A DNA stretch of 64,000 bases from an uncultured bacterium (lineage in GTDB: Bacteria; Fidelibacterota; UBA2242). Below the pieces are notes generated by a model. It had not been told where the DNA came from and did no database searches. It saw nothing but the letters and a program-made list of their open reading frames with translations. Location: positions 6,269 to 70,268 of the forward strand of contig CAYTUQ010000004.1 of assembly GCA_964441235.1 (NCBI GenBank), written 5' to 3'. The translations under genes were made by a program, and so were the position numbers. Every line of letters starts with the position of its first letter. The first letter of the stretch is position 1. This document shows, piece by piece, positions 50,180 to 59,342 of the stretch.

Positions 50180-50443
50180 TAAATATCTTTGTGTTTTTGA
50201 GATAATTGTTTCCAGATTGCGACTTACTTGTAATCGTAGATGCGAACTTCCAGGCTCACAATTAAATCGCAAGATTCACCTTATTGGACAATTCTTTATT
50301 TTCAACGAACATACTTACTAAATATTTCTGAATTTATTTATCAAGTAGGAATGTTTGATAACATAAGTCTTGTTTTCTTGTTTTCGTTTGCGTTGACTAA
50401 TTAGTCGATGCTGGTTAAATTCAATTAATTTTATGACGAATTT

Positions 50444-51103
50444 ATGATAAACTTCATTAATGTAGATTGCACTTTTAGAAAAAAAGCCGGAGTAAAGAAT
50501 ATAAATTTCTCTGTAAATAGTGGAGAATTTGTATTCTTAACTGGTCCATCAGGTGCAGGGAAATCGACTATACTTCGTTTAATCTATATGGACCTTTTTC
50601 CGGAAAAAGGGAAAGTAATTATCCGCAACTATAACAGTAGCAGTATTCGTGATCGAGAAATCCCGTATCTCCGTCGAAAAGTTGGTATGGTTTTTCAAGA
50701 TTTCCGTTTACTTTCCGATAGAAATGCTTACCAAAATGTAGCACTAAGTCTTTACGTTTCTCATTACAAAACAAGTGAGATAAAAAAGAGAGTGTATGAA
50801 GTATTAAATCAGGTTGGGTTAGGACATCGAGTACATTATCGTCCTTACGAACTTTCAGGTGGCGAACAGCAGCGTGTTGCAATAGCACGAGCACTTGTAA
50901 AAGAACCGGTAGTGATACTGGCAGATGAACCAACCGGAAATTTAGACCCAAAGGTTAGTATAGAATTAATGAACTTACTTAACAAAATAAATAAGAGGGG
51001 GACAGCAATTATTGTTGCCACTCATAATTATAGTCTTATTCCGAGAGTACCTGGTGCAAGGCTAATTCAAATTGATGAAGGAAAGATAGTAAGTATTACA
51101 TGA
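50444..51103 (+). CDS. ftsE: Cell division ATP-binding protein FtsE.
   Basis: Walker A GPSGAGKST, ABC signature LSGGEQQR, Walker B ILADEPTGNLD. Confidence 0.9.
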   Translation: MINFINVDCTFRKKAGVKNINFSVNSGEFVFLTGPSGAGKSTILRLIYMDLFPEKGKVIIRNYNSSSIRDREIPYLRRKVGMVFQDFRLLSDRNAYQNVALSLYVSHYKTSEIKKRVYEVLNQVGLGHRVHYRPYELSGGEQQRVAIARALVKEPVVILADEPTGNLDPKVSIELMNLLNKINKRGTAIIVATHNYSLIPRVPGARLIQIDEGKIVSIT

Positions 51104-51966
51104 CAGTTTTTTGGTTTTTAGTAAGGGAAGGATTAAAAGGGCTAATACGATCAAAATATTCCGGTGCTTTTTCTATTATAATCATTGCTATTTCATTAAT
51201 CCTTGTTGGTTTTGGATATGTTGGTGCTAGAGACACGCTTTTTCTTGTTGATAATATTCGGGCACAATTTGATGTAGATATATTCCTCCATGAAACTGCT
51301 TCAGATAAAGAAATTAATAATTTTGAAGCGCTTCTTGATAGTATGATTGAGATACAGAAAGTGCATTATATCTCTCCTGAAAAGGCTGCTGTGAAATTCA
51401 AGAAGGAGTTTGGAGAAGATATTTTTGACATGCTTGATTATAATCCTTTACCACCTTCTTTTACAATTAGTTTGAAACCAATTTATAGAAATTTAACCAG
51501 TGTTGAAGGTATTGCATCAATTCTTTCTAAGAAGCCGGGAGTTGACGAAGTAAAATACAGAAAGAAATTTCTTATTCTTCTTGAGAAATATCAACGTATC
51601 ATATTAATTACGGTTGTATCTGTTTTTGCATTTTTGGCACTGCTATCAATAATACTTACTTCTAATTCGATAAAGATGACAATATTTTCAAGACGAGAAG
51701 TTATTTCAACAATGAAACTTGTTGGGGCTACAAATAGTTTTGTCAGGTGGCCATTTGTAATTGAGGGAACATTGCAGGGTTTTATTGCATCGTGTTTGGC
51801 AGCTCTTTTTATTTATGGAGTATTTTACTTATTAAATAATTATCTTCAAACGGTAATTGAATATAAAGCTATTATAAGTTATAGATTCTATATAGGGATT
51901 GTGATTTCAGGTACTCTTATGGGTTTAATAGGCAGCAGAAGAGCAATCAGGAAGTTTTTAAAATAA
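51100..51966 (+). CDS. ftsX: Cell division permease-like protein FtsX.
   Basis: Four TM segments, a periplasmic domain, and a 4-bp overlap with ftsE. Confidence 0.8.
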   Translation: MTVFWFLVREGLKGLIRSKYSGAFSIIIIAISLILVGFGYVGARDTLFLVDNIRAQFDVDIFLHETASDKEINNFEALLDSMIEIQKVHYISPEKAAVKFKKEFGEDIFDMLDYNPLPPSFTISLKPIYRNLTSVEGIASILSKKPGVDEVKYRKKFLILLEKYQRIILITVVSVFAFLALLSIILTSNSIKMTIFSRREVISTMKLVGATNSFVRWPFVIEGTLQGFIASCLAALFIYGVFYLLNNYLQTVIEYKAIISYRFYIGIVISGTLMGLIGSRRAIRKFLK

Positions 51967-52062
51967 CACCCATGATTTTTCTCCACAACGAAACATGCTC
52001 CAGCAGGAGTCCCGTTGGGAAAAGATGATCTGTAAGATCTCTGAAATAATGGAGTAGTATAT

Positions 52063-52197
52063 TGTCATTCGCTTCGCTGTCATTTATTGTCATTTGGCTT
52101 CGTCGTCATTTGACCACTGAATGACCACTGAATGACTATTGAATGACTATTGAATGACTATTGAATGACCACTGAATGACTATTGAATGACTATTGA
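52063..52197. repeat. Array of AATGAC motifs: four inverted tgtcatt copies, then eight 11-bp tandem units TGAC(C/T)A(C/T)TGAA.
   Basis: The sequence reads tgtcattcgcttcgctgtcatttattgtcatttggcttcgtcgtcatt, followed by (tgaccactgaa)x2 (tgactattgaa)x3 tgaccactgaa (tgactattgaa)x2. Confidence 0.8.
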
Positions 52198-52498
52198 CAT
52201 TGAGATATATAATTAAAATTCGTGCAAATTCGTGTACTTCTTGGTTACTTTCATATAAACAATTAAGTAATTTTATAAAGTTATTAATAGATGTAGCTGC
52301 TATTGATAATAACGAGTTATAAAATCAACTATTTAATAGAATAATTATCTCAAAGAGATGTCAACGACAAATAGTTCGACTAATTTTTTCGCAACTATCA
52401 GTCCATTGGTCAACAGGTTTGTAGAAAGTTCAACATATATAGTTTCAATTATCTAAATTTTCTTGTTTAACCAGAGAAGACAAACTAAATTTTGGGAA

Positions 52499-53187
52499 AT
52501 GGAGAAAGAATTTAACGTTAATAATCCTCTCAACAATAGAGGAAATCTTGTTCTGAAAGCAGTGGTTTTAGATTATATTCGCAGCGCATTTCCTGTTAGT
52601 TCAAAACAAGTCTGTAAGTTCAATAGTTAAGAAAGCATCTAAGGTTTTTAATTTTTCACAGCAAACTATTGCCAAATTGTCAGGTACATCAAATTTAGGG
52701 GGTGTGATAGAATAAAGTTTTCATTCTCGGAGACCCGTTCAGCCGAAGGTCTGCCGAACGAATCGTATGATCTGGCGATTGTAATTTATCGTTTTGTTAT
52801 TTATGAATTTACAATTTAAATATGTTTCGGAGACACGTCTGGCGAAGGTTATATCATCACACCCCCTTAATGTTGAAACCTGATTTTCATGATTTGGACA
52901 AATTGAGTCAAATTATAATGCAGATTGAAGATGGTACAATAATTGCCAATATTTACGAGAATTGAAAGCACGAGTCTGGGATTGTGATATCTATTGGTTC
53001 AGAAAATGAAGACTATCTGTTACTTGATTTTAGTGTGGTTACAAAGGACTATGAAATTAGTGAATCAAAAGGTCTTGTATCTGTTATTGGGCCGAAAAGA
53101 ATGAATTATCCAAAGGCTATAACTCTTGTGGATTGTATTGCTGATGTTGTTAATTTAGTATTTGATAAAAAGATGGGAGGAAAGTAA
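52499..53187 (+). pseudogene. hrcA: Degraded heat-shock repressor gene hrcA, broken by frameshifts and a MITE insertion.
   Basis: N-terminal 43 codons MEKEF...NLVLKAVVLDYIRSAFPVSSKQV are HrcA-like. The MITE lies at 52698-52866. C-terminal fragments IEDGTIIANIYEN* and KHESGIVISIGSENEDYLLLDFSVV...GLVSVIGPKRMNYPKAITLVD lie in different frames. The total span is too short for an intact hrcA. Confidence 0.5.
52698..52866. mobile_element. MITE-like element, copy 2.
   Basis: It has the same termini as copy 1 (gggggtgtgatagaataaagttttcattctcggagaccc ... ggttatatcatcacaccccc). Its internal region is different and longer. Confidence 0.65.
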
Positions 53188-53767
53188 GTTGGAAGAGGAA
53201 GCTAAAAATGTAAAGGGAAAAAAAAGTAAATTGACTCCCCGAAAGGGTGCTGAAACTAAAAGAAAAACAACTGTATCAAAAAAGGTTTCAGAAAAAGTCT
53301 CTAAAGAAAAGGAACTCAAAAAGAAGCTTTCTGAAAAGGAAAAAGAGTTAAATGAATTTAATGATAGGTATTTACGTTTAGCAGCTGAATTCGATAATTA
53401 CAGAAAACGTACTGAGAAAGAAATTAGAGAAATAATCGAATATGCCGGTGAAGGGATTTTAAGACAGGTTTTGCCTATTTTGGATGATTTTGAAAGAGCA
53501 TTGCATAACAATGGTAAAAATAGTAATGATAAATCGGTTCAAGTCGGTTTAGAGTTGATACATAAAAAATTTATTAAAACCCTTGAAGATCTTAGCGTTA
53601 AACCGATAGAATCTTTGAATAAACCATTTGATCCGGATTTTCATCATGCAGTTTTAGCACGGGATGAGAAAGATGTTGAACCTGAGACAGTAATTGAGGA
53701 ATTTGAAAAAGGTTATATATATAAAAAACATGTTTTAAGATATGCAAAGGTAGTTGTAAGTAAATAG
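53162..53767 (+). CDS. grpE: Nucleotide exchange factor GrpE.
   Basis: RLAAEFDNYRKRTEKE GrpE signature. The start is probably the TTG at 53189, just after the hrcA remnant stop. Confidence 0.85.
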   Translation: MIKRWEESKLEEEAKNVKGKKSKLTPRKGAETKRKTTVSKKVSEKVSKEKELKKKLSEKEKELNEFNDRYLRLAAEFDNYRKRTEKEIREIIEYAGEGILRQVLPILDDFERALHNNGKNSNDKSVQVGLELIHKKFIKTLEDLSVKPIESLNKPFDPDFHHAVLARDEKDVEPETVIEEFEKGYIYKKHVLRYAKVVVSK

Positions 53768-53769
53768 TT

Positions 53770-54915
53770 ATGGCAAGAGACTACTATGAAACGCTGAATG
53801 TTGGTAAAAATGCTTCAGCCGATGAGATAAAAAAAGCTTATCGTAAAATAGCTATGAAATATCATCCTGACAGGAATCCGGGAAATAAAGAAGCTGAAAA
53901 CAGATTCAAGGAAGCTGCTGAAGCTTATTCGGTTTTATCGGATGACAAAAAAAGAAAAACCTATGATCAATTTGGCCCTGAAGGATTGAAAGGTACCGGT
54001 TTCGGAGGATTTGGGCGTGGTATGACTATGGAGGATATTTTTAGTCAATTCGGAGATGTTTTTGGTCGTAGTTTTGGTGGTTTCGGTGGTTTTGAAGATT
54101 TATTTAGTACCGGTAGGTCTGGTAGGCAAAGGAGTAGAACAGCATCCCGGGCTGGAAGTGATTTAAAAATAAAACTGCATTTGACATTAGAAGAAATAAG
54201 CAGAGGTGTTACTAAAAAAGTTAAGATTAAACGCATGGAATCCTGTGATTTATGTGGTGGGACTGGTGCAAAACCTGGAACTTCAACGATTGTTTGTCCT
54301 GTTTGCGGAGGTAGTGGAGAGGTAAGGGAAGTTACTAGATCATTTTTTTGCCAGATGGTGAATGTTCATCCATGTTCAAATTGTCATGGTGATGGAAGAA
54401 TAGTGGAGCATCGCTGCCCCAAATGTGCAGGAGACGGTCGAATTCGCCAGGTAAAAGAGATATCAATACAGGTTCCTGCTGGTGTAACAACTGGTAACTA
54501 TTTGACGATGCAGAACGAGGGGAATGTCGGTATTAGAAGAGGTTCCCGTGGGGATCTAATTGTAATTTTTGAGGAAAAGTCTCACGAATATTTTGTTCGA
54601 AATGATGATGATGTTTTTGTTGATATATATATTACTCCTTCTGAGGCTGTATTAGGTGCCGAAGTTGAAGTACCGACACTTAATGGACGGGTTAACCTTT
54701 CAGTTCCTCAAGGAACTCAACCCGGGAAATTACTTCGATTGAATAATAAAGGTATTCCTCATCTTCATAGTTCAGGAAGAGGTGACCAGATAGTGAGAGT
54801 ACAGGTGAATATTCCAGAAAAAATATCCTGGCAGGAGCGAAACCTCTATAAAGAACTGTCTAAAATTGAGTCGAAAGCGTTTAAAAATAATATTAGGTAT
54901 GGTAAAATTAAGTAG
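53770..54915 (+). CDS. dnaJ: Chaperone DnaJ.
   Basis: J-domain with HPD, a G/F-rich linker, and four CxxCxGxG zinc-finger repeats. Confidence 0.9.
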   Translation: MARDYYETLNVGKNASADEIKKAYRKIAMKYHPDRNPGNKEAENRFKEAAEAYSVLSDDKKRKTYDQFGPEGLKGTGFGGFGRGMTMEDIFSQFGDVFGRSFGGFGGFEDLFSTGRSGRQRSRTASRAGSDLKIKLHLTLEEISRGVTKKVKIKRMESCDLCGGTGAKPGTSTIVCPVCGGSGEVREVTRSFFCQMVNVHPCSNCHGDGRIVEHRCPKCAGDGRIRQVKEISIQVPAGVTTGNYLTMQNEGNVGIRRGSRGDLIVIFEEKSHEYFVRNDDDVFVDIYITPSEAVLGAEVEVPTLNGRVNLSVPQGTQPGKLLRLNNKGIPHLHSSGRGDQIVRVQVNIPEKISWQERNLYKELSKIESKAFKNNIRYGKIK

Positions 54916-54971
54916 TAATTCGTAGAATTAATTGGATTTTTTATTTATAGATTTTTAATATATGGAGAAAA

Positions 54972-55409
54972 ATGTTAAATTTAACAAGACAGGAGAGGTT
55001 GGTTATTAAATTCCTTGTCGTGTTTTTTCTGATTGGAGGTGCAATTCATCTTTACAAGCTAAATTTAGCTAAAGTCAGCTATGTTGATATTGGTGAAGTG
55101 ACTAAAGAAGAAGAACAGTTTAAAGTAATGGCTGATAAAGTAGATTCTATGTACATTTCTGAATCGACTAAAACTAGGAGAGAAAAGAATGACGAAATAT
55201 CAAGGCCTGTTTCTTATCGAATAAATATAAACACTGCTGAAAAGGATGAATTGATGAAACTCCCTGAAATTGGATCTGTTACCGCCGATAGAATTATTTT
55301 GTATCGAATGGAGCATGAAAGATTTAATAGCGTCGATGAACTTATAAATGTTAGAGGAATAGGTAAAAAAACATTAGAAAAGATAAAGGGTGAGGTTACA
55401 ATTGAGTGA
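54972..55409 (+). CDS. comEA: ComEA-like helix-hairpin-helix DNA-binding protein.
   Basis: TM anchor plus a C-terminal HhH pair (INTAEKDELMKLPEIGSVTADRII...NVRGIGKKTLEKIK). Confidence 0.75.
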   Translation: MLNLTRQERLVIKFLVVFFLIGGAIHLYKLNLAKVSYVDIGEVTKEEEQFKVMADKVDSMYISESTKTRREKNDEISRPVSYRININTAEKDELMKLPEIGSVTADRIILYRMEHERFNSVDELINVRGIGKKTLEKIKGEVTIE

Positions 55410-56187
55410 AAAAAAAGTTAAAGAATTAGAAGAATTTGAAGAAACTCCGGAGTACAAGCCGTCATTAGTAAAAGTTCTGAACATTATTGCTGTGATAATG
55501 TGTGTAATTTTAATCATAGTAATATATTTACCAGCGAGTATATGGCGTGAGGAAGATGCAATTCGGAAACTTGGCCGTAAAAGATTGTCTATTCTCACTG
55601 ATGTTGAGAGTTTTTATAGACAAATGGCTGGTGAATATCAGCCTGATCCAGTATTAGCAATGAAAGTGCTTTCTGCAGTCCGAGATAGTACCAGGGCTGA
55701 CAGCAACTTTTATGATAGTCAAAAAATTATTCTACATGAGGGTACTTTTAAGATGGATGTTGTCAACAATTTCTACTTGAATTTCGATACAACTTTTGCT
55801 CTTTCATATCAGAGACGCGATACTGTGCTTGATACATCTTACCAGGTAGTAATATGGAATGAAGAACTCTTTTCCTTTGACACAATATTTGTTTATTCCT
55901 CTCGAATAAATGAAGTTAAGAACGATTCTCTCTTCAGGGGTTTGATAAATACTGAAATAAATCCCCGTGTTACTACAGATATGTATTATAGAAAATATTA
56001 TTTAGATAGTTCAATTGCTTATAGTCCTCTTAATAACGAGCAATACGAAGTTATTCTTGATGAAGATAACATTAGAATTCAGGATCCGTTAGAAGGTGAA
56101 TATAGAGAACCACGTTTTTTGGTTTTTGCATTCAAAGATACTTCCTGTGGGTATATTGTGAATGGTGAGAAGAGTTGGAGTGATTAA
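55390..56187 (+). CDS. Hypothetical membrane-anchored protein.
   Basis: One N-terminal TM segment. Overlaps the comEA stop. Confidence 0.35.
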   Translation: MRLQLSEKKVKELEEFEETPEYKPSLVKVLNIIAVIMCVILIIVIYLPASIWREEDAIRKLGRKRLSILTDVESFYRQMAGEYQPDPVLAMKVLSAVRDSTRADSNFYDSQKIILHEGTFKMDVVNNFYLNFDTTFALSYQRRDTVLDTSYQVVIWNEELFSFDTIFVYSSRINEVKNDSLFRGLINTEINPRVTTDMYYRKYYLDSSIAYSPLNNEQYEVILDEDNIRIQDPLEGEYREPRFLVFAFKDTSCGYIVNGEKSWSD

Positions 56188-56216
56188 CAGAACTTTATTA
56201 ATAGAGAGAAACCAAA

Positions 56217-57167
56217 ATGATATGCGCTAGTATCTCTGAGAACTTTATTTGTTTTGGACAGATAGTAAAAGAAGAAGAATCATTTTCTATTGAAGTCGTT
56301 GGAAAGAAGTCTTTACCGTTTTTATTTGAACCTTCGAAGATAAATAATCCTCAAATTCATAAAAAGTTGGAAAAGGTTTTCTTAGAAGTAAGGGCTGACA
56401 TTCCGGTTCCTGATAGAGATTTAGCAATATCCGTTCCCTCGATATGGGCGGATATTGTTTTAAATAAGACTGATGCGGGGCTTTCAGATAGTGATATTAA
56501 AGAAGTATTGGATTGGAATACTAAAAAGCGATTAGGCAATGTAGCTGAAAATAAATTTATTCAGCATTATCCTTTGAATTTGGATTCAGATAGTAATATA
56601 AGTACTTATTTAACGGTATCTTATTTTAAGGAGTTGGGTAAAGTTCTTGTAAAAGCTGCTCGACCAGCAGGTTTAAGTATCAATACTCTGGATATAAATA
56701 TTTTCAGTGTTGCCAATGCAATTGAGAAATTAAGTTCTGTGGGCAATTATAAAAAGTGGGGTGTTTGGCTTATTGGCGAAGAAAAACAAACTCTTCTGTT
56801 AGTTGATTCTGGTGAGTTCTTTCAATATTTAGAATTTGAGTTTACAGATGATTCAAAATTTTCGATAATCAGCAGCTCATCTCCTGATAGTTTAGGAGAG
56901 AAAGTTATATCTGAGTTAAATGCAATGAAGACATTATCAAATGATCAAGTAGATTCTCTTGATCATTTATTTTTCTATACTCATGATGTAGATTCGGAAT
57001 TTTTTAATATGTTGTTAACCTATGAAGTTAAGAATATGAGTACAGTTGACCCTTTTTCAGTTTATAAGCCATTGAAGTTATATAAAGATGATGGAGAAGG
57101 TGTTGGAGCGATGTGTCAGTTTCTTGAGATAATGGGGTTAATACTTCGTGTAATGCCTGGGAGTTAA
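56217..57167 (+). CDS. Hypothetical protein, possibly a PilM-like actin-fold assembly protein.
   Basis: 316 aa. There is only weak resemblance to the PilM/FtsA fold (DLAISVP...LLLVDSGE). Confidence 0.3.
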   Translation: MICASISENFICFGQIVKEEESFSIEVVGKKSLPFLFEPSKINNPQIHKKLEKVFLEVRADIPVPDRDLAISVPSIWADIVLNKTDAGLSDSDIKEVLDWNTKKRLGNVAENKFIQHYPLNLDSDSNISTYLTVSYFKELGKVLVKAARPAGLSINTLDINIFSVANAIEKLSSVGNYKKWGVWLIGEEKQTLLLVDSGEFFQYLEFEFTDDSKFSIISSSSPDSLGEKVISELNAMKTLSNDQVDSLDHLFFYTHDVDSEFFNMLLTYEVKNMSTVDPFSVYKPLKLYKDDGEGVGAMCQFLEIMGLILRVMPGS

Positions 57168-57169
57168 TT

Positions 57170-58330
57170 ATGATTAAACTTAATCTCGCAATTGTTCCTG
57201 GAGTACAAGGTAAGGAAAGTGCCAGGGCTCCCATCTTTGATTATCAGGTTGGAGTTGAGGAAAAACTACCAACAGCTGAAGAGGGAGTGACAGAAGCAAT
57301 ACCTAAACCAAAACAAAAAATTGATGCAGATTTATTTAAATTAGCTGAGCAGAATTTAGGTTTAATAGAACAGGCTGAAAAGGAAGAATTTATCCCTAAG
57401 CGTAAACATAAGCCTCCGAAGAAGGAAAAAGAGGAAGGTCCCCCAATTAAAATAAAAAGAAGAATACCTTTATTACGCCTTTTTTATTTATTATTAGCTA
57501 TTATAGTGATAGGAGGTGGTTTTTGGGTTTATAAAAGTAAATTCTATAAGAAGGTTGGTATTAAAATTCCAGGAAAATCAGAAGTAAAGAAAGTAACTGA
57601 AAAGGTACAAGAGAAAGTGACTGAACAATTACCAGATGTGGTAGATAAAGCAAAAGATATTAGCCAGTCTGTTGTAACTTCTTCTCAAGAAGCAATAAAG
57701 CAGGTTGCTATTGCTAATGAAATTAGTGATCAAAATATCACTCAAATATTAAATGGGAAAAATGTTCTGAATGTAAGCTTGAAATTGCTTCAGTCTTTTC
57801 CTCAAAATGCCAGATTACAATATTTAAGAGTTAAAAGTAATAAAGTAAGTTTTATACTTTATTTGCCAACCCGAAATGAGGGATTAACTTTAAAAAATAG
57901 TTTAATCAACAATTCTCAATTTTTATCTCCAGATGTGTTTTATATAGAACGTGATGAGTCAAATTTAAATGCCCCTTATCAAATCATGGCTATTTTTAAA
58001 TATCGAGATTCGATTTTGAGCAGTAATAGTAGCTTTAAATTCAAGATAGATAATGAACTAGCACAAATTATAGGGACTTACGGACAGAACAGTAATGTTT
58101 CTCTAACTCCCCTTAAAGTATTCAAAGGACAAAATTATTTACCAAGAAAAGCACAATTTTCAGGGAAAGGTTCAGCTGGGGATTGCATAAGCTTCCTTAA
58201 AAAAATTAAGGATATGAATATGAATATAGGAATTGAGAGTGTTTATATTTATGATAATTCAAATCGAAAGTTGGAAAGCACAATACTTGCTTTTACTATA
58301 GATACAAATATATTCCCTCGTAAGCCTTAG
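57170..58330 (+). CDS. Hypothetical bitopic membrane protein with a lysine-rich N-terminal region.
   Basis: A KKEKEEGPPIKIKRR stretch, then a single TM segment (LLLAIIVIGGGFWVY), then a periplasmic domain. Confidence 0.3.
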   Translation: MIKLNLAIVPGVQGKESARAPIFDYQVGVEEKLPTAEEGVTEAIPKPKQKIDADLFKLAEQNLGLIEQAEKEEFIPKRKHKPPKKEKEEGPPIKIKRRIPLLRLFYLLLAIIVIGGGFWVYKSKFYKKVGIKIPGKSEVKKVTEKVQEKVTEQLPDVVDKAKDISQSVVTSSQEAIKQVAIANEISDQNITQILNGKNVLNVSLKLLQSFPQNARLQYLRVKSNKVSFILYLPTRNEGLTLKNSLINNSQFLSPDVFYIERDESNLNAPYQIMAIFKYRDSILSSNSSFKFKIDNELAQIIGTYGQNSNVSLTPLKVFKGQNYLPRKAQFSGKGSAGDCISFLKKIKDMNMNIGIESVYIYDNSNRKLESTILAFTIDTNIFPRKP

Positions 58331-58331
58331 A

Positions 58332-58856
58332 ATGGTGCGTATAATTGCCGGCTCTTTAAAAGGGCGTCTTATAAAATCAGGAAGAAATATTTCTCTTCGT
58401 CCAACAAAAGATAGAGTAAAGGAAACTCTATTTGCGAAGTTGGGTGATATTAAAAATAAAAGAGTTATTGATATTTTTGCAGGAACCGGGAATCTTGGTT
58501 TTGAGGCATTATCAAGGGGAGCAGAGCACTGTATTTTTGTGGATAGTAACAAAATCAATACTGAAATAATTAAATCGAATGCTCTTTCAGTAAAGGTTTT
58601 TGATAAAGTAGATATTAGATGTAGTGATGCAATCCGATTTTTTAGAAATGAAATAAATGTAGATATAGTATTAGCAGATCCTCCTTATAAATACAGTAAT
58701 TTCGATAAACTTTTCAGAGAATTTGAGAGGTTGCGCGAGGGTACGATAATAGTACTTGAAGCCAGTAAGAATTTTATTCCTACTGCGAGTTTCCAGGATA
58801 AGTATATTTCTTATAAGGTGATGGGAGAAACAAGTTTAAACTTTTTTAGAGTGTAA
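58332..58856 (+). CDS. rsmD: 16S rRNA (guanine966-N2)-methyltransferase RsmD.
   Basis: DIFAGTGNLGFEALSRGA SAM motif and the DPPY motif (ADPPY). Confidence 0.8.
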   Translation: MVRIIAGSLKGRLIKSGRNISLRPTKDRVKETLFAKLGDIKNKRVIDIFAGTGNLGFEALSRGAEHCIFVDSNKINTEIIKSNALSVKVFDKVDIRCSDAIRFFRNEINVDIVLADPPYKYSNFDKLFREFERLREGTIIVLEASKNFIPTASFQDKYISYKVMGETSLNFFRV

Positions 58857-59342
58857 ATGAAAATAGCTGTTTATCCAGGAACATTTGACCCAATCACAAA
58901 TGGTCACTTAGATATTTTGATGAGAGCATCTTCAATTTTCGATATTGTTTATGTCGCAGTAGCTATAAATCTTCGTAAAGAGCCACTTTTCTCAACAGAA
59001 GAAAGAATAAAACTCATAGAGGAGAGTATAAAAGATTTTAATAATGTTAAGATTGAGAAATTTAATGGATTGATAGTTGACTTTGCTCAAAAGGTTGGTG
59101 CTACGGTTGTTATTCGTGGATTAAGAGCCATCTCGGATTTTGATTATGAATTTCAGATGGCATTAACAAACAGACAATTGAATGAAAATATTGACACAGT
59201 TTTTTTAATGCCTCATAAAGATTATACATATTTAAGTTCAAGTACTGTACGTGAGATTGCGAAGTTCAATGGCGATGTGAGCGCTTTTGTACCTGACGGT
59301 GTAAGAAAAGCAATGGCTAAAAAATTCAGGAGAAAAAAATGA
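58857..59342 (+). CDS. coaD: Phosphopantetheine adenylyltransferase.
   Basis: YPGTFDPITNGHLDI and ISSTxxR motifs (SSSTVRE). Confidence 0.9.
   Translation: MKIAVYPGTFDPITNGHLDILMRASSIFDIVYVAVAINLRKEPLFSTEERIKLIEESIKDFNNVKIEKFNGLIVDFAQKVGATVVIRGLRAISDFDYEFQMALTNRQLNENIDTVFLMPHKDYTYLSSSTVREIAKFNGDVSAFVPDGVRKAMAKKFRRKK

Noticed and set aside
52063-52197. Possible CRISPR array.
   Set aside because: The repeat unit is only 11 bp and contiguous with no spacers, and no cas genes are nearby. It is a tandem or iteron-like repeat.
52200-52500. CIRCE operator (TTAGCACTC-N9-GAGTGCTAA) expected upstream of hrcA/grpE.
   Set aside because: Searched by eye on both strands and not found. This is consistent with hrcA decay.
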